Notes under the pieces: model-generated
The model's input: only the letters and a program-made list of their open reading frames with translations
The model's database searches: none
Told to the model about the DNA's origin: nothing
Position numbers and translations under genes: made by a program
Virus record (IMG/VR): IMGVR_UViG_3300045988_077293
DNA: 26,793 bases
DNA from: a virus
Strand: one strand, 5' to 3'
Part shown: piece by piece, positions 23,285 to 26,793 of the stretch
How positions within the stretch are numbered: the stretch's first letter is position 1
How the letters are laid out: each line of letters starts with the position of its first letter

Positions 23285-24026
23285 ACTTTAACCTCTGCTT
23301 TCTCTGAATATTTGTTCTTATGCGAATTTGATTTTTATGAGTTCCGACTACCAAATATTTTCCCCATTTTTTTTGCAAACTGTCCAAACTCTTTTCAAAA
23401 TCTTTTGCCGTTCGGAACTCGCTATTGCCTCCGACATTATCGTCCCTGCTCTGGGAGAAAAAATAACGGTTATCTTGCCAAATAATCCTATCGGTCAGCA
23501 GGCATTTCATACAAAAATCAATATCAACTTTATACTTATCGTTTCTAAATCTGTGTTCACGACCTATAACGCCGATAACACAGCCGAGCCAACCACATAA
23601 CGAAAAAGGTTCTGCGCCGTTGAACTTCCGAATATCAGTTTGGTTAAACCCAAAAACTTTTGCGCCTGCGTCGTCAGCCATTACTGCGGCATTGACAATA
23701 ACGTCAAGAACTTCGTCTTTATCTTCAACACGTTCGCTTTTAACTCCCGTCAGACGATATACATATTTTATATCGTCGTCAATCATAATAACGATGCGTT
23801 CTTTGAAATGGTCTAAAACCCAATTCCGAACTTCTCCTAAACCTTTGATTTCGTCGGGAATAGTAATAATAGGATTTTTAACGGCTTTTTCGTAATCGCT
23901 TTTCTGCGTTTCGGGAACAAGAATTTCAATGAAGCTTGGCAACAGCTCGTTTGTAGTGATACTGTTAAACCTCGAACGGCTCAGTATCAAAATTTTCACG
24001 TCCAAGCGCTTCAATAAGTCTTTCAC
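23277..24026 (-). CDS. Putative GT-A-like glycosyl/nucleotidyl transferase (DxD-type IMIDDDI)
   Basis: Alternating beta-alpha pattern: KILILSRSRFNSITTNELLP, ILVPETQKSDYEKA, GLGEVRNWVLDHF and IVIMIDDDIKYVY. GTG start with a GGGAGGG SD. The start overlaps the ParB-like gene by 62 nt. The fold assignment is by eye only. Confidence 0.45.
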   Translation of the reverse strand: MKDLLKRLDVKILILSRSRFNSITTNELLPSFIEILVPETQKSDYEKAVKNPIITIPDEIKGLGEVRNWVLDHFKERIVIMIDDDIKYVYRLTGVKSERVEDKDEVLDVIVNAAVMADDAGAKVFGFNQTDIRKFNGAEPFSLCGWLGCVIGVIGREHRFRNDKYKVDIDFCMKCLLTDRIIWQDNRYFFSQSRDDNVGGNSEFRTAKDFEKSLDSLQKKWGKYLVVGTHKNQIRIRTNIQRKQRLKYE

Positions 24027-24567
24027 CTTTTATAACCCTCCCAAGTCCGACTTTTCTCTTTTCCCAACCTGCGTCTATTCTTTTCAGTCCAAACTTATTA
24101 ACTATATTTAGCCAATCCTGCGTGTTGTCGAAAACAAAAACAACATAATCGTGATGCTCAAACTGTTTCAACTCCATTTTTTCCAGCTCTTTGTTATGTT
24201 TATTTTCGTTTTCTTTTTCTTTATCACTTTCGAGTTCGTCAAAGCCAAAATCAAAACAGCTTAAATCAATATCTTCCAACTCGTCCAGCAAAGCTTCACA
24301 ATCCCACTCGCTTTCGTTGCTTTTGTTGTCAACAATTCGCAAAGCCTTTACTTGTTCTTCCGTGAGGTCATCGACGCATACGCACGGAACATCTTTCATG
24401 CCGAGAGCCTTTGCCGCTTCATACCTACAATGCCCAATAACAATAACTCCGTCTTTGTCAACGACAATCGGCTGAACAAATCCGTATTGCCTTATACTTT
24501 CAGCAACGTTGTTTATTTGTGTTTTGTCGTGCTTCTTCGCGTTTTTTCTTATACGGGGCAATCTCAT
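23965..24567 (-). CDS. ParB-like nuclease domain protein (as shown in the ORF track). The true start is probably ATG 24592, with a +1 frameshift at the A6 run 24547-24542.
   Basis: NAKKHDKTQINNVAESIRQYGFVQPIVVDKDGVIVIGHCRYEAAKALGMKDVPCVCVDDLTEEQVKALRIVDNK is a ParBc signature. The missing N-terminal strand MKVENRKLDEIAPYKK is encoded upstream in another frame, behind a strong AGGAGG SD. Confidence 0.85.
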   Translation of the reverse strand: MRLPRIRKNAKKHDKTQINNVAESIRQYGFVQPIVVDKDGVIVIGHCRYEAAKALGMKDVPCVCVDDLTEEQVKALRIVDNKSNESEWDCEALLDELEDIDLSCFDFGFDELESDKEKENENKHNKELEKMELKQFEHHDYVVFVFDNTQDWLNIVNKFGLKRIDAGWEKRKVGLGRVIKGERLIEALGRENFDTEPFEV

Positions 24568-24610
24568 CTAATTTCCTGTTTTCTACTTTCATAATATCCT
24601 CCTTTTTATA

Positions 24611-24639
24611 ATTATATCACATATGTCACAATTTGTCAA
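24611..24639 (-). promoter_or_regulatory. Sigma-A type promoter P6 (TTGACA-17 nt-TATAAT, TGTGA extended -10)
   Basis: The minus strand reads TTGACAAATTGTGACATATGTGATATAAT, upstream of the ParB-like gene. Confidence 0.75.
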
Positions 24640-24651
24640 GGTTTCGCGGCC

Positions 24652-25029
24652 TTAAACCTCTTTTATTGTAATTCCGTACTTGTAAAGCATTAGTTTTTTC
24701 TTTATTTTGTAAACTTCGGTTTTCATTCCTTTCGCGTCCTCTATGACCTGTTTTCCGCCTTCACAATAGGCGAAGTCGCAAACGTAATAGCAAGGACGTT
24801 CAACCACCTTTCCGTCTATTCTCTGCGACGGTATAAGCTCAAAACGCTTCTGCAATTCGAGATTGGATATCTCACCCGCTTTTTCAAGCATTTTTAACTC
24901 CGAATACCTCTGTGCTTCCCTTTTGCTTGCGAAAACGTGTCCGTCTATGGTCTGCTTCCTCGAATGATATTTGCTTTTCGTATTCGCGCTTGCATTTCCA
25001 AGAGCAAACCTTCTTTTTGAGAAATCCAC
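24652..25029 (-). CDS. DUF1064 family protein (phage replication/recombination-associated, putative nuclease)
   Basis: KSKYHSRKQTIDGHVFASKREAQRYSELKMLEKAGEISNLELQKRFELIP...YVCDFAY...VIEDAKGMKT fits DUF1064. GTG start with an AAAGGAG SD. Confidence 0.8.
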   Translation of the reverse strand: MDFSKRRFALGNASANTKSKYHSRKQTIDGHVFASKREAQRYSELKMLEKAGEISNLELQKRFELIPSQRIDGKVVERPCYYVCDFAYCEGGKQVIEDAKGMKTEVYKIKKKLMLYKYGITIKEV

Positions 25030-25150
25030 TCAACATAACTCCTTTCTTGTTCGTTCTTCGCACTTTGATTGAATAAACGTGCTGGTCTGTCGGGAAAAAG
25101 TGCTTTCCGCAGACGGGGCATATCCGCTCCCATCCTGTTTCACTTGCCAT
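24884..25150 (-). CDS. Zn-ribbon hypothetical protein (88 aa)
   Basis: ICPVCGKHF ... VCSWKCKREYEKQ. The 3' 146 nt overlap the DUF1064 gene out of frame. Confidence 0.5.
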   Translation of the reverse strand: MASETGWERICPVCGKHFFPTDQHVYSIKVRRTNKKGVMLSGFLKKKVCSWKCKREYEKQISFEEADHRRTRFRKQKGSTEVFGVKNA

Positions 25151-25460
25151 ACGTTATGCCCCTTTCTTTCAAAAGCTGACGGAGTTTGAAAACAGCGTCA
25201 AGCCCGTATGTGCCGTATGCGTCCGAATAATTCTCCTGCGCCTTTTGCGCAAATTCTTCTACTTGCTCTTGCGAAAATCCCATTCCGTCAAGTAACGTCC
25301 ACAGGTCAATCATACGCACCGTGTCAGCAGTCTCGGCGCAGAGCTTGCATATCTCGTCCGTTATCGTCTTATTTATGCTCACCTGTAAAGCAATAGGGAG
25401 CTTGTAGCGGTTAAGTATTCCGCTTAACCGCTTTGTCATCGTCTCAATCATTTCTTTCAT
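25140..25460 (-). CDS. Hypothetical protein (106 aa)
   Basis: ORF 25140-25475 trimmed to an ATG that forms an ATGA overlap with the upstream stop (MKEMIETMTKRL), with a GGAGAGAAGG SD. Confidence 0.55.
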   Translation of the reverse strand: MKEMIETMTKRLSGILNRYKLPIALQVSINKTITDEICKLCAETADTVRMIDLWTLLDGMGFSQEQVEEFAQKAQENYSDAYGTYGLDAVFKLRQLLKERGITYGK

Positions 25461-25675
25461 TCCTTCTCTCCGCATTTCTCGGTTGGGTGGTCATCACTCA
25501 AACAAACATCAGCCAAAATATTCATATTCTTTGTTGACCTTTCCTTGCAATCATCGGACGGCAATTCCGCTTTCGGTCTGTCTTTGTATTTGCAAATCTC
25601 ACATTCTTTTCTTGCACACATTGACAAACGCATTAAGGCTTCTCGCACCTGTTCCTGTGTGTGTTTCATTTCCAC
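25457..25675 (-). CDS. Cys-rich hypothetical protein (about 70 aa)
   Basis: CARKECEIC ... C ... C pattern. The start is GTG 25675 or ATG 25669. Confidence 0.5.
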   Translation of the reverse strand: MEMKHTQEQVREALMRLSMCARKECEICKYKDRPKAELPSDDCKERSTKNMNILADVCLSDDHPTEKCGEKE

Positions 25676-25718
25676 TCATCTTCCTTTCTCTGCTTATCTA
25701 TCAGCCTTGTTTCTTTCG

Positions 25719-25880
25719 CTATAAGCATATCAACGGTTGCAGATGCAGACAAATTATTGTCGGGTAGTGGCTTTCTGCCGACCGTCCCTGTCCCTTCTTT
25801 GAGTAAGTCCGATACGCCCAAGGGGGATCGGCGTATATCACGTCGTACTTTCTGTCCGTGTTAAAAATATCAACTTTCAT
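25719..25880 (-). pseudogene. Truncated MT-A70-family N6-adenine DNA methyltransferase remnant (53 codons)
   Basis: The ATG at 25880 follows a GGGAGG SD. MKVDIFNTDRKYDVIYADPPWAYRTYSKKGQGRSAESHYPT carries the DPPW catalytic motif. The sequence then diverges and hits TAG. No downstream frame encodes the rest of the fold. Confidence 0.7.
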
Positions 25881-25893
25881 CTTTGTTGCCTCC

Positions 25894-26145
25894 CTATTCC
25901 ATTTTTGCCCCGCAATTCTCACAATACTTTGCGTCTGGATTTTTCCACGAGCCTTCTGTGTGTTTTATAAATCCACAACAAGAACAGCTCCATTCGTCAC
26001 CTCCGATATGCGCCCATTTCCCACATTTGTTCTTTTGCATTTCAACTGTCGGCTGTGCGTCTACAATTATGTCAAACAGTTCTTTGTTTTCGTCGTTCCA
26101 CCAAGCGTAGTGCTGTTTTAATTTGTCCGCGTCAATAAGTCTCAT
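25894..26145 (-). CDS. Zn-ribbon hypothetical protein (83 aa)
   Basis: GAGGAGGAAACAAG SD. MRLIDADKLK N-terminus, as in the 1148-1471 product. CGKW...CSCCG...CENCG. Confidence 0.6.
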   Translation of the reverse strand: MRLIDADKLKQHYAWWNDENKELFDIIVDAQPTVEMQKNKCGKWAHIGGDEWSCSCCGFIKHTEGSWKNPDAKYCENCGAKME

Positions 26146-26173
26146 CTTGTTTCCTCCTCATTGTGATTAGTCT

Positions 26174-26793
26174 TTATTTACCCTTTTTAACTTCTACAAA
26201 CTTCCATCCGCCAGCCTGATATATCGTTTTTGAATAACAATCTTTGAACGTTGCATTGTCGGATATGATGAGTGACGCTGAATTATTCCACTTGGTATAC
26301 GGAGTACTTTTGACCATGGCATTGCCGTAGATGTACTTGACCGTGGCACTATCGTAGATGTTCTCGACCGTGGCTTCGCCGTAGATGTACTTGACCGTGG
26401 CACTATCGTAGATGTTCTCGACCGTGGCATTGCCGTAGATGTACTTGACCGTGGCATTGCCGTAGATGTTCTTGACCGTGGCTTCGCCGCAGATGTTCTT
26501 GACCATGGCATTGCCGTAGATGTTCTTGACCGTGGCTTCGCCGCAGATGTTCTCGACCGTGGCATTGCCGTAGATGTACTTGACCGTGGCACTATCGTAG
26601 ATGTTCTCGACCGTGGCTTCGCCGTAGATGTACTTGACCGTGGCATTGCCGTAGATGTTCTCGACCGTGGCTTCGCCGTAGATGTACTTGACCGTGGCAT
26701 TGCCGTAGATGTTCTCGACCGTGGCTTCGCCGTAGATGTACTTGACCGTGGCACTATCGTAGATGTTCTCGACCGTGGCATTGCCGTAGATGT
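26174..26793 (-). CDS. Decapeptide-repeat protein, 3' part (repeats plus a ~45-aa C-terminal tail); continuation of 437..1
   Basis: The frame of ORF 26174-26506 stays open to the window end (…IYGNATVENIY…). The repeat consensus is G-[NE/DS]-A-T-V-[EK]-[NY]-I-Y. The tail is STPYTKWNNSASLIISDNATFKDCYSKTIYQAGGWKFVEVKKGK. Confidence 0.8.
   Translation of the reverse strand, partial: IYGNATVENIYDSATVKYIYGEATVENIYGNATVKYIYGEATVENIYGNATVKYIYGEATVENIYDSATVKYIYGNATVENICGEATVKNIYGNAMVKNICGEATVKNIYGNATVKYIYGNATVENIYDSATVKYIYGEATVENIYDSATVKYIYGNAMVKSTPYTKWNNSASLIISDNATFKDCYSKTIYQAGGWKFVEVKKGK
26305..26793. repeat. Near-perfect 30-nt (60-nt super-period) tandem repeat array, continuing at 1-88
   Basis: Units of the form GACCGTGGC[ATT/TTC/ACT][GCC/ATC]GTAGATGT[AC/TC]T[TC]. 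There are about 17-19 units in total across the junction, and many are identical over 60 nt. Confidence 0.9.

Noticed and set aside
26194-26781. 195-aa minus-strand ORF (MPRSRTSTIVPRSSTSTAKP...) covering the tandem repeat
   Set aside because: It is an alternative-frame echo of the 30-nt repeat. It has no SD. The frame that is continuous with the N-terminal domain (437..1) and the C-terminal tail (to 26174) is the other one.
26305-26793. 30-nt periodic repeats that superficially resemble a CRISPR array
   Set aside because: The units are contiguous with no unique spacers. They are in frame within a coding sequence, and no cas genes or leader are present.

Overview
This window looks like a complete, apparently circular genome of a small siphovirus-type dsDNA phage. 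Bases 1-55 equal 26739-26793, giving a unique length of 26738 bp. The host is probably Gram-positive and Clostridia-like, judged from AGGAGG-type RBSs and TRTGnTATAAT promoters. Every convincing gene is on the minus strand, and genes are tightly packed with many ATGA start/stop overlaps.

In the direction of transcription (high to low coordinates, wrapping around) the order is:
- Early and accessory genes: a decapeptide-repeat protein spanning the contig junction, several Zn-ribbon proteins, a decayed MT-A70 methylase and a DUF1064 protein.
- A promoter-bounded three-gene unit: ParB-like nuclease, GT-A-like transferase and a C-terminally truncated UDP-sugar-dehydrogenase-like protein.
- A stand-alone RarA/MgsA C-terminal-like protein.
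- Packaging genes: a TerS candidate, a metallophosphoesterase and TerL.
- Head genes: portal, MuF/SPP1 gp7-like, an HK97 gp10-like gene, scaffold, major capsid and connectors.
- Tail genes: major tail, G/GT chaperones, tape measure, distal tail proteins and a tail fibre.
- Holin-like membrane proteins, with no recognisable endolysin.
- A replication and recombination block: HTH, Sak3-like SSAP, SSB, GIY-YIG-like protein and replisome organizer.

Seven near-consensus sigma-A-type promoters punctuate the genome. I found no integrase, repressor, tRNA or CRISPR array.

The most notable observations are:
- The gp10-like gene appears split by a 251-nt group I intron.
- The tail fibre ends in a Hint (intein-like) module.
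- The ParB/GT/dehydrogenase unit is a candidate glycosyl-modification system.
- The junction-spanning repeat protein is encoded by a near-perfect 30-nt tandem array.
- There are three local coding anomalies: an in-frame TGA in the tail chaperone, a +1 frameshift at an A6 run in the ParB-like gene, and the MT-A70 remnant.

All functional calls rest on motif recognition by eye. No database search was run.
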